DNA of 64,000 nucleotides from Asterionella formosa (lineage: Eukaryota): positions 1-64,000 of the forward strand of contig NKIB01012688.1 of the NCBI GenBank assembly GCA_002256025.1, given 5' to 3'. Below, one piece after another: positions 25,502 through 36,269 of this stretch. Made by a program: the position numbers and the translations under genes. The notes under the pieces were generated by a model that was not told the DNA's origin, ran no database searches, and saw nothing but the letters and a program-made list of their open reading frames with translations. Positions within the stretch are counted from its first letter, which is position 1; every line of letters starts with the position of its first letter.

Positions 25502-26275
25502 ATGGCTGCTATTAAACTCTACGGTGTTCCCCTCTCTCAGCCCTTCCGAGCTGTCGCGTGGTCCCTTGTGCAGCATCACATGCCCTTTGAGATACAACTT
25601 TGTGTTCCAGGCGCCACCTCCAAAATAGGATCCCTTCATGAATCATTTCTACAGAAATCGAAAACAGGTACCATTCCGCTTGTCGAGGTGGTCGATGGAG
25701 GTAGTAACAGTACCATGATTACCATTGGCGAGTCACCTGTCATTTTGTCACACTTGTGCGAGACTCAGGAACAGTGGCGGCATGCCTACGGTTTACCGGG
25801 GAGTAGCAGGAAGGCGCAAATTGACAGTTATATGCATTGGCATCACACGGGAACCCGCCAGTTGGCCCAACTATCGGCGATTTATCTACGTCCTGACATG
25901 AATTTAACGATAAGTGACAACGACAGGAATGGCATTCTGAAGCAACTGGGAATACTCAATGACGCATGGTTGGTGGATGATTTTATTGCCGGTGACCAGC
26001 TCTCTATTGCTGACTTGTTGGCGTATGAAGAAGTGGCGCAACTGTATATGACGGGACTACTGCCAGAATTGAAAGACTATCCAAATGTGCAAGCGTGGGT
26101 GCAACGTATGGAGAAACTTCCCTATCATGAGGAAGCTCACCAAGCACTCACGAGTTTGGGCAACTTGGCTTTGCCCAATGAAGTGAGTATGCCCAAGCGG
26201 TTGGGTGCAGCAACAAAGGTTGGAATGGAAGCGTATAAGAAGGTGCAGGCGAGCTACACTTTGCAAAAGTTGTAA
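25502..26275 (+). CDS. Glutathione S-transferase, theta class
   Basis: LYGVPLSQPFRAV (catalytic Ser), GTIP, GESPVILSHL, IDSYMHWHH, FIAGDQLSIADLLAYEEV. Confidence 0.92.
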   Translation: MAAIKLYGVPLSQPFRAVAWSLVQHHMPFEIQLCVPGATSKIGSLHESFLQKSKTGTIPLVEVVDGGSNSTMITIGESPVILSHLCETQEQWRHAYGLPGSSRKAQIDSYMHWHHTGTRQLAQLSAIYLRPDMNLTISDNDRNGILKQLGILNDAWLVDDFIAGDQLSIADLLAYEEVAQLYMTGLLPELKDYPNVQAWVQRMEKLPYHEEAHQALTSLGNLALPNEVSMPKRLGAATKVGMEAYKKVQASYTLQKL

Positions 26276-26316
26276 ATTAGCTAGCTAGAATGATAGTTTA
26301 TTTTTCGTACGAATAG

Positions 26317-27009
26317 TTACACTTCCAACCCCACTACTCCCCACGCACATGGAAATTTGGCCATGGTTTTCTCAAAAATATCCCGAGTCACACCATTGGG
26401 CGTGTATCCCACTGTCACACCCTTTCTACTGACCGACTTGCAATTCTGTTGCTCATTGTCAAAAAACACCATATCCTCCAATTGAATACCCGTTTGCTTG
26501 GCGATTCTATCAAAGTGATGAATCTTGGCATCAAACGAAATTTCCCACGGTCCTGTAATGGCTTCCTCTAGCGTCATACCAGATACAGGCAATGTCATTT
26601 TACCCAACAATTCCCTGGCCCACATGGGTTCGTCGCATCGTGACGAAATAGCTAGTTGCACAGTCCTATCGAGAACCAACTCGTCAATGATGACCGCCAC
26701 GTCGCCGATCAATTGGACGACGGAATTCAATTGAGATTTCATTCTCGTCTTGTCACGTGTATTGATATAATCGAATGGGGCATGATTCATGCCTCGCCAG
26801 GCGAGTTCGTACATTTCTGGTTTCCAGAGACATCCGTCCAAGTCGAAGACAATGAGGCGAGGGCGGGCGTTGCTTTCCATGTTATTGAAGCCGTTGGAAA
26901 ACAAAGATGATGCTACTCTATGTTGGCAACTCATAAAGTGAAAGCACTGAATGGACTGCAGGAGAGAGAGAAGAAGGAGTGACACCCAAAAGGTATTGAC
27001 GGTGGCCAT
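26317..27009 (-). CDS. MDP1: Magnesium-dependent phosphatase 1 (HAD family), probable plastid-type bipartite presequence
   Basis: LIVFDLDGCLW, AISSRCDEPMWA, KIHHF, MVFFDNE; hydrophobic signal peptide ending IQC followed by F (FHF). Confidence 0.85.
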   Translation of the reverse strand: MATVNTFWVSLLLLSLLQSIQCFHFMSCQHRVASSLFSNGFNNMESNARPRLIVFDLDGCLWKPEMYELAWRGMNHAPFDYINTRDKTRMKSQLNSVVQLIGDVAVIIDELVLDRTVQLAISSRCDEPMWARELLGKMTLPVSGMTLEEAITGPWEISFDAKIHHFDRIAKQTGIQLEDMVFFDNEQQNCKSVSRKGVTVGYTPNGVTRDIFEKTMAKFPCAWGVVGLEV

Positions 27010-27552
27010 TACAGCATCATCGAAAGACGACCCATCAATAAAATATAGACACTGAAAATAGGAGTGGGATATCATGAACACAACGAGCAAGTGACGTTGC
27101 AACGTTGATGGATGAATGTTCTTTCATGTTAAACATACTGGTTGGTAACTGCCGGTACCAGGTACCAGGTACAAGGTACCAGGTAGCTAAAGGATATTTT
27201 CTTACAATTGACATTTTGAGATTTGTAAAATACATTGTATACCTGGATTTTGAACAACAATATTCCGGTATGAGTATTACGGTATGCATGTTGTACCTGG
27301 TACCATGTTGACGTATGTACAGTATATGTACATACCGGTAGGTACTAGGTACTGGTACCTGGTACCTGGTACCAGGTACACCTGATACGACACAGCACAG
27401 AGGCGAGGAACAGAGGGTGCCATCATAATCCGATTGTGGTATCCCAGGTACCGGTATAGCACCATCAGTGATCAACCCTTAGTTGTTGTGTCGTTGCTGC
27501 CATTGTTGAGCTACCAGAAACAACAATCAGCAAAGCTACCGAACTATTCGGA

Positions 27553-29503
27553 ATGCTTCCCACCAGGTTTCTCGCTGTTTTTTGTGTCTGTACGATGCTG
27601 AAAAGCTTTGTGGCGCGAGCGTTGGCTCCTCAACATTGGAAGCCTCGCGCCTCCAAGCGCGCAATTACATCGTTCTATCCACCAGCTAGAAGATGGATGT
27701 CAAGCGAGACCGGGGAAAGGACAGAAGAAGAGCAGGGAGCCATCAAGGCGTCGAGAGAAGCCAAGAAGTGAGTATTCAATCCAAGATTGTGTGTATTCTG
27801 AATCACCTGCAAAGCATTCAGCTCATCGAACAAAACGGTTTGTTTTACACCCATAGGGCCGCCAAGGAAGCTCAGCATGCCGCAAAGGCAGCCAGAAAGG
27901 CTGAGGAGGCAGCTGCCAAAGAAGCGTCGGATCGTATTGACGACGTCAACTTTCTCTCGATCAACGACACGTACGAACCATGTGGCGATCTCACCCGTGT
28001 CATGAGTCGATCTCGAACGGGTCGTCAATTTTCCTTTGTCAAGGATCTTCCCAAAAAGACAGCTGGAGATAAAGTATGGTTGCGCGGACGATTGCAATCG
28101 ATCCGAGTCAAGGGAGGGTCATGCTTCTTGGTGTTGCGACAAGATAGTTTTCATACTGTGCAGGCATGTTACTTCAAGGACAAGGAGAATCCAGAGCAAT
28201 CACAGAAAATGATTAAATATTTGAGCTCCTTGACAGTAGAGAGCATAATTGATTTAGAGGGAGCCTTGACGAACGCGGATGTCAAGTCTTGTTCAGTCCA
28301 AAATTTGGAAGTTTCTTTGCATCGAATTTATGCTGTTTCGAAGGCGTCAGCGATTCTTCCATTTTTAGTGGAGGATGCTGCTAGAAGTGAAGAAGAAGTG
28401 GAAGCTTCCCAGACAACGGACCGTCCTTTTCCGAGACTTGGTCAGGTACGCGTACATCCTCTTGTTTCAATGCACGCTAAAGTGCAACAATATGCTAACA
28501 ATACCCCATTATTATGTAGGAACTCCGGTTGGACAATCGCTGGATGGACCTTCGTGTTCCAGCAAACAATGCCATTATGCGTGTGCAGTCAGCCATTTGC
28601 CAACTCTTTCGAGAATCCCTCTACGACCAAGGTTTCTGCGAAATTCACACTCCAAAATTGATTGCCGGCGAAAGTGAAAGCGGTGCTGGTGTCTTTACGA
28701 CGGACTACTTTGGAACAACTGCTTGTTTGGCACAGTCACCTCAACTATACAAACAAATGGCCATTTCCTCGGATCTGAACCGTGTCTTTGAAGTGGGTCC
28801 TGTTTTTCGAGCGGAAAAGTCGCACACTAGGCGGCATTTGTGTGAGTTTACTGGCCTTGATCTGGAAATGGCAATTGATGATCACTACATGGAGACATTG
28901 GAAGTGATTCATATTATGTTCAAGCATATTTTCACTGGATTAGAAAATAGGTTCGCCAAGGAGTTGCAAGTTATTCGTGAACAGTATTTTTCAGAACCAC
29001 TTGAATTCACAGATGAGCCTTGTGTGATTCATTGGCCTGAAGCGATGCAGGTTTTAAAGGAGAAGGGGTTTGACATGGGTAATGAATTGGGTGACCTGTC
29101 GGGAGCTATGGAGTTGGCACTTGGTGCTGCCATCAAAGAAACTTACGGCACAGATTTTTTCATGCTAGACAAATATCCTTCTGAAATCAGACCTTTCTAC
29201 ACCATGCCAGATCCAGATGACCCAAAATACTCCAACTCATATGATATTTTTATTCGTGGCATGGAAATTTGTTCAGGTGCACAACGATGTCATGATCCTG
29301 AACTAGTGATGAAACTTTTGAAGGAAAAAGGGGTTGATCCAGGGCCCGGTCTTGAATCCTACATCGAATCCTTCCGTCATGGTGTAAGCCCACATGCTGG
29401 AGCTGGAATTGGTCTCGAGCGAGTGGTCTTTTTGTATCTAGGCCTTGACAATGTGCGAAAGGCATCCATGTTCCCTCGAGATCCAAATAGATGCACACCG
29501 TAA
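27553..29503 (+). CDS. DARS: Aspartyl-tRNA synthetase, eukaryotic cytosolic type; 3 exons, introns 27768-27856 and 28446-28519
   Basis: OB fold VWLRGRLQSIR..FLVLRQ; RLDNRWMDLR, LAQSPQLYKQM, VFRAE, RHLCEFTGLDLEM, GIGLERV, FPRDPNRCTP end; both GT-AG introns restore frame. Confidence 0.96.
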
Positions 29504-29558
29504 AATCAGTCAAATTCAGTCATGGCAGTGTACATTGGGGGGTCCAGGACACTGAAGT
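29500..29558 (-). mobile_element. Fragment of the 32482-33130 MITE left end, inverted, abutting the AspRS stop codon
   Basis: GTAAAATCAGTCAAATTCAGTCATGGCAGTGTACATTGGGGGGTCCAGGACACTGAAGTA matches the reverse complement of ~32487-32546 with 2 mismatches. Confidence 0.85.
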
Positions 29559-31169
29559 AGTCTAGAATTACTACCAGTAGGTGAACTTGACCTATATTTT
29601 TTGGCCACTTTTTTGTAGAATCAAGCCCCATTTGGAATGTTTGCTCTGGACCCCCCTCCTTTCTTGTTGACCCTCCGTTATTCAATAGACATTAGAGAAA
29701 GGATTTGATACCAGAACAGTGACAATACCTTGCTTGATTGCTTGCTTTGCAACCTCAAAAGGGAGGCTGATGAGACCATCAACATGGATGGCCAGATTGT
29801 CATAAATCTGGGCATGCACAAGAAGTTAGCTATAATATTCGACATATGGGGAATTCATATGGCTGCTCAAGGACCAACCACTAAAAAGGAGCATTTCTTT
29901 CGCAACCAACTTTGATATTGTATAGGTGCTTCCATTAAATCAACCATGATTCTTAGTGTTCATATCACTACTACCTTTGTAGCTGGGTGTGAAATTCAAC
30001 ACAAGGTTGCATCTAGTTCTGAAAAAAGGGTATCATTATCAAAGTTTTCAATCATATTCACAGTTAATGCTGGTATATCGATAATACATTTTTCACCTGT
30101 TGCATAATCCATAATATTATATGGATGCCTCAACGGTGATCTTTCAGACAATCCAAGTGGTGGGTTGAAGGCACAACTCAACAAAATTACAAATTCTTCA
30201 TGGGGAGATGGTCAGCGGATACATGAATTGGATGAGAACACCATCAAAAAAGCACGAAAGCAAAATTTGAACAGATGATGTTGTCCCTGTCAAGTAAAAG
30301 CGATGAGTATTCATTGTTTAAAAAATTAAACCGGAAAAACGTATGAATACAATGTATTAGCTTCTAGCTAAGTTATTCGAAACAGATTAACCATTTTTAG
30401 GATCTATGTAGGCCTATGTGTCAAGCAATGATGCTCATGTTTTTATTTTCTTAGTATGATTGATAATCATCATCATCATTAAAATGGATTTTGAAATGGA
30501 TGATACTATGCATTTCTGTCCTCCGTCATGGTCAGATCCTTGGCTAAGGAGCAAAAAAATAATGGGAGCAGCTGTGATCATTTTTTATGTTGCAGATCAA
30601 CAGTTAAAGTTGGATCAGCGGTTCACAGTCCCAGACAAAGTCATCCGAGAACTCGAGGACACAACAATCCAGATGACATTATACTGGGGCCATTGTCCAC
30701 AAGTTCAAAGGTACAGACTTGTTGAGTGTCCTTTCAGGATAATTGCGCGTGAAAATTTCGAGGTAGTGCAGTATGTTAATCATACTGCAGTAGTAGTTGA
30801 GATGCTAAAAGATTATACGGAATAAAAGAAAAGAAGAATGGATATGCACCATGCGAGGTTATGGAATTGCCCTAATTCTGTTTCAAGATGAAATCGTCAA
30901 GATTGAAGATGCTGTTAGGAAGGAAATCATCGAAATCATCGAAATAGGTGATCACCAAGCCTATTATTTCTACTGCTGTGTAGATAGAATAGACTTGCAA
31001 TAAATGATGTTTAGGAAGAACCAAAAACGACCAATGCTAGAATACATAGATATATTTTAAAATGTTGAATGTCTATGGATCCAAACTAGCCATTATGGTT
31101 TTGGATAAAAAAAGCCCTTGGCAATACAGCACACCCTATCTATTATTTCAATTTCTTATCCAAAAAAGT

Positions 31170-32180
31170 GCGAGACAATTCAATCGCTGTTTCTCTTGCA
31201 GGTGCTAGCCTCTCTGGAATGAATCCTGCCCGATCACTTTAAAGCTGTCTTTCCAATTTGCGGTATATCAAAGTTATTGTTGACTCTCACAAAAATGATT
31301 TCCTCCAAGCAACCCTATTCTTTTTAGAAACAACAATTTTAAATATTTCGGATCGAACGAAATGAATGCTGCCTGCACTGCTTCTATCAATCCGTCAACA
31401 TTGTTCTTAGCTACCTCCACTGAGTTCCATTGGCCTGAATGTAATGCTGTAAGACAAGAGATAATTTATATTAAAATCAAGTCTCTTTCTTGCTGTTTGT
31501 TGTTTGCTTTGTCAATTGAATAACATCCCAGTAGTTGGCTTCTGTTGTGGCTATAATGGGAGAAAAATTCGAATTAAAAGGTGTAGATCCATTGTTATGC
31601 TGTAAATATTTATTTGTTTGTTTTCATTAGATGGCCACTTCTCCATTTGAGCCCAATGAAGCAAAACATTGTTTTGAATCGTCTTAGCATATGCCTTTTT
31701 TATAATTTGGAGTGATTTCCTTTTCATGGTCCCTGCTGCTGGTTGATGAATTAAAATCCTTTTGACTACCACTTGCTCATGCCTCTACAGTTTTTTGCTC
31801 AAGATAGCCAAAAGCAATAATGAAAAAAGCACGAAAACCTTTTCTTCAAATGAAGTTGCCAATTTTAAACTTTTCATATGTATAGTGCGTACACATGGAT
31901 CATGGATCTGCAGCTTATGTAGGCGCACTAAAGGGCAATTGAGCCGGAGAAAATCGCTCATATCAAGATGTTCCCGGATTGATTCTATTATTAATTTAAC
32001 CATATAGACATAATATTTGACAGTGGGAGTACCAGCAAGAAGTTGCGGTAATTTTGCTGCTTCGTGTACACATTCCCAATGCTGACAAATATTTCCTGAC
32101 TTGGCAGTCATTAAGAAATCAAAGTATGAAACGTCTAACAGCTTGCGCCCACTGGCCGTATAAAGACGACTGGACAAAAT
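31170..32180 (-). pseudogene. Tc1/mariner transposase relic (plant-mariner/DD39D-like), heavily frameshifted
   Basis: Across frames: HMKSLKLATSFEEKV, PAAGTMKRKSL, MEKWP, LQHNNGST (degenerate QQDNA), LDFNINYL (SPDxNxxDL), ALHSGQW, NVDGLIEAVQAAF, LEEII..NNNFDIPQIGK. Confidence 0.7.
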
Positions 32181-32481
32181 TTGATAAACTCAGATAATTA
32201 GGGACAAAACAGGTTCGGATGAATTTAATTTCGGGTTAAAGTACTTTCAACTTTAAGCAAAATTTGCTTAAACTAGACAGAACATGGTGATAGTCCTCAA
32301 TTCATGCATGTGTACATGCTGCCTACATCACTACGAGTACATACGGAAGGAAATCGAGTTAGCTGTATCCGTAAATTACACGAATACAAAGGATTTTATT
32401 GATATTTATATTGATATCATCAATTTATTTATAAAAAGGAAAACAATATGATTTCGTCCAACCTAATCCTAATCCTACTTA

Positions 32482-33130
32482 CCGTATACTTCATTGTCCT
32501 GGACCCCCCAATGTACACTGCCGTGACTGAATTTGACTGATTTTACTTAAGGGGGGGGCCCAGGACAATGAAGAGATTTCCCTTATAATGGACCTAAGTA
32601 AATTTCTTTAGTTCTACAGGATAGCCCACATTTTTCTAAGATGTATTAATATGACAATTATTTTCGTCTTGTGAAAAATGAGAGAGTTATTCACCTCGCA
32701 AGAAAAACGGGACTTCATGTTGTTATCGGCGATCTCAATTTTCGTTGTCATTATTAGTGTTATTACTTTACTTCTTTTACGATTGTATTTTCCATGTCGT
32801 TCTTAATACAGGTAGCAAGTAGCAAAGCGTCGTTCTCTATTTTCGTGGAGATAATTCGTATTTTCGTCATGGTCAAGGTTGCGACAACATCATGAAGGAT
32901 TCGCCAGCTGCTCACAGCCACTACCTGTCGTCTCTTGTGTTTTGTATGTACAAAAGAATCGCAAAATGGTAGCTAAATTATTATATATTAGTGCCTACGA
33001 GGACAAAAAGAAATGTAGCACGTTACTTTGTCTATGACAAGAAAATTATTGGGTGTTTGGTTCCACCTCGAGAAAAATGTACAGGGGGGTCCAGCAACCA
33101 TAGGGGGGTCCAGGACAATGAAGTATACGG
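32482..33130. mobile_element. 649-bp MITE, Tc1/mariner (pogo/Tc2-like CCGTA termini), TA target duplication
   Basis: Perfect 28-bp TIR CCGTATACTTCATTGTCCTGGACCCCCC (32482-32509 / 33103-33130), TA at 32480-32481 and 33131-33132; subterminal TIR copies near 32553 and 33084. Confidence 0.92.
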
Positions 33131-33638
33131 TAGACTCTTCCAAGGTAGCACCTGAAGATAAGGATTAGGGTGAGGGTGAGGGTGAGGGTGACGGGGACGA
33201 AATATAATTTTTCTATATACTGGTATATCATACATTTATCGCTAATGCTTCATTCAGCTTTTCACACCAGACCGGTTATTTTATTACGTCATCAATCTTT
33301 CCTCGTGCGTGTCAACAATTTACTATTATACACCGTGTAAACTATATTCATCCTCAAAAAATATTATGCCCATCGGACTATCATTACCGGTAGTATACCA
33401 ATGGTGTTCTTCATTGTTCTCTTAGAATTACCGTAGTTCTGCTCGACGAACACTAGTGTCTTGTTACTTCTTGTTTGGATTTGATGATTGTTCGTTCACA
33501 TTACTGCATATCGAACGAACTCTTTGCTTTGAGAGCAGATGAGAATTTTTTCTGCATTGCCAACATTCCCACTTTGTCTTTGTTTTATTGAATATACTAC
33601 ATAGAATCAATCGTTGACACAGAAATTACAAAGGAGTC

Positions 33639-34469
33639 ATGTATCATCATGCCAATCGCTCTAGTTCCGATGTGCCTTTTCCTCAAGCAGTGTCCTACAC
33701 TCAAATTGGAGTGTCTAGTTCTACGCATCATGTTACTGCATCTCCATCAATCCGTTCCCAAGCCTGGAACTACGGAAAACCTAGATATCGCAACCATGTA
33801 TCGGTTCATCATTGCATGTCAATGCCACTTGTTGATGACGAGGATGACAAGGCAAATACAGATGTTCACCGTACATTTTCGGGAGGTTTGATAATGCGTA
33901 GACGTACGTTGGAAGAACAGAACAGGCTGAGCCAGAACCGCTCGTTTGAACTTAGCGTCAGGTTCGAACTCAGCGACGTCAAGGACACTGATTTAAACAA
34001 GAATGGGAAATTCAAAGTGAATGCGACAAACTACACAGGAGCACCTTCACTGCAAACAATAAGTCCCAAGGAAGCTATCAAGGTATTTGAGAATAGAAAG
34101 CGCGAGTCAGATGCCAAGAAACAGGTTGAAGATCCACTTTTGTCCGCTCACGGAAAGAAGAAAGTCGGCCAGATCCAATATCGTCAGCCTCCCTTACAGG
34201 ACAGGGAAATCAAAGGGCAAACATCTCGTTGTTCCGCACTTCAGGTTTATGCATATTCGGAGGACAATCGGGGAAAAAAATTTCGAGCCAGTTTGGAGCA
34301 TGCTCGTTCATCAGACGACGAGAATCAACCAGGAATTGCAAATGTTGGTCGACGTGTCTTGAATGATAAAAACTCAGATAATTATAGCGTCGAGGTTGTC
34401 ACAAAGGGTACAGGAATATTCTACATTGCTTCGAATGGAAAAATGAAAGATCTTCCTAATCTCTGCTAA
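33639..34469 (+). CDS. Hypothetical protein, 276 aa, hydrophilic
   Basis: Uninterrupted ATG-initiated ORF in otherwise stop-rich DNA; no recognised motif. Confidence 0.55.
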   Translation: MYHHANRSSSDVPFPQAVSYTQIGVSSSTHHVTASPSIRSQAWNYGKPRYRNHVSVHHCMSMPLVDDEDDKANTDVHRTFSGGLIMRRRTLEEQNRLSQNRSFELSVRFELSDVKDTDLNKNGKFKVNATNYTGAPSLQTISPKEAIKVFENRKRESDAKKQVEDPLLSAHGKKKVGQIQYRQPPLQDREIKGQTSRCSALQVYAYSEDNRGKKFRASLEHARSSDDENQPGIANVGRRVLNDKNSDNYSVEVVTKGTGIFYIASNGKMKDLPNLC

Positions 34470-35019
34470 GGAGACTGTTTTACACGTCCACTTCAGTGTT
34501 GCGTGTGATGGAGGGTTTTTCGGTGATGCATAACAAAGGTGGCAGAGACGAGAAATGCTGGGCAATTCGAGAGCAAATTGAAAAAACCAATTGCATTATT
34601 GGGATAAAAAATTCTAAACAATTTTATCCATGTTAGAATTTAATTTTTATAATAAATCTTAACCTAAAAATTGCAAAGTGTCCTTGTGACTATACCAAAG
34701 CAACATAGTTGTTAAGGGTCATGCATTTCGACACCTTCCTCCACATGAGGTGATTTTACAGAGATGCTATACAGTGAGTTCTGAGGAGGGCCCGCTAGAG
34801 AGAACAGATAGAAGGAGGATAAAGCTTGTCCGGAGCTCGTAAATGGAACGATAATAAGTAGAGCCACAGATTCGGAACAAACCACGACGAGCAAAATTAA
34901 GTGAGGTTGTGATTTTTAGGAAAAATCCTCAGTCAAGACAAGAAATCCACTCGTTTGTGTGGATATGTATGTGCATGTAAATATGACCTGTATACCGGGG
35001 CCAATTGCGGTCACTTTGT

Positions 35020-36269
35020 CTATTGCGCATATCCAAATAGGAAAGTCGCCTCCTCCAAACTTGGGAGGCCCATGTCATAGACATGATTGGCTGTTGTACA
35101 AACTTCACGAAATAATGAAGGGCTGGGTTGAGAAAATTTTCGTCGCAGTATGGCAACATCCTCAACCTCTTCTACACGTTTGCGCTTCATAGGCATAGAT
35201 TTCATCGCCAATAAATCGGTGGTAGAGCAGTCAGACAAATATAGCTTCAAGTAGTGCTTCTTAATTCTGACGACTTCGGCGTCTCGTCGCGCTTGAACCT
35301 AGTGAAGACCGAGAAGTGTGAGCGCAGGAGCACATGTGACGATGATGACACTGTTTTGAATTGGAAGCCAAAGATGTAAAGTCTCACCTTCTTGCGATCG
35401 CAATCACTGTGCTTGGGAAAGTTATACATCAAGGTAACATTGCGATACGATCGAATGATTCTGGCAGCTGGAACATTTGGAAGGATTGTGATATCCTCAA
35501 TGCTACGAGGCTTATCTTCGGTCTTTCCAAGAAAACAAATGGGACGAAGTACATGCACATCAACAGTTTCCGTTCGTTCGATGACGTCGGAGCCTTGCTC
35601 GGTGCCTTCACTGACAGTACTGTCACCTGCCGCACTGTTCGAGTCAGACATATTGCCACTCTCAGAACAAGAAGTTGAGACCACACTGACAGAGCGAAGG
35701 GGACTCGTTGAAGGCACATATTTGGATAAAGTTTCCGATGTTTCAACAAATGCTGTGCGAACAAATTGCTGTGCAGGCGTGACCGGTGGCGAAAAAGAAA
35801 TCTTCGTTGATTCGTTGACTTGAGTGATTGCAAGACTTAGTGAAAAAGAAGGTGGCTTCGGAGGAGGAGCCTCTTGAGAACAGCTGAGACTGACTAGACG
35901 AGCAGGGGTAACGGTGGTAGTAGCCACAGCAACAACTTGTTGTTGCAACTTCGCTTCAACACGTGGTTTCCAATATCGCTTCCGGTTGTTGACGAACCAG
36001 TTCGTCAGCTGCTTGAGCTCAATGCCTGTATCCTCCATGATTAATGCCTTCTCTTGTTCAGTGGGGTATGGGTGAGCGACATGATCTGGAGACATCATCC
36101 ACGCTTTGAGATACTCGACAGCTTCGCCGGGAAGACTGGATGACTTGCGCTGAGCCTTGCTTCCTCCTTGCTTGCTCTTCACCGAAGAAACGGAAACAGT
36201 TGAACCGGAGCGCCCACGACGATTGTTAGGAGACTCAGGGATTTCAACTGCTTCAATTTGAATAGACAT
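35020..36269 (-). CDS. TALE-class (KN-type) homeodomain transcription factor; intron 35299-35387
   Basis: LPGEAVEYLKAWMMSPDHVAHPYPTEQEK...LKQLTNWFVNNRKRYWKP; GT-AG intron joins DRKK to VQARRDAEVVRIKKHYL. Confidence 0.92.

Noticed and set aside
29500..32546. Inverted repeats as TIRs of a 3-kb element enclosing the mariner relic
   Set aside because: The TIR termini point toward the enclosed region; the right copy is the left end of the separate 32482-33130 MITE with its own TA duplication
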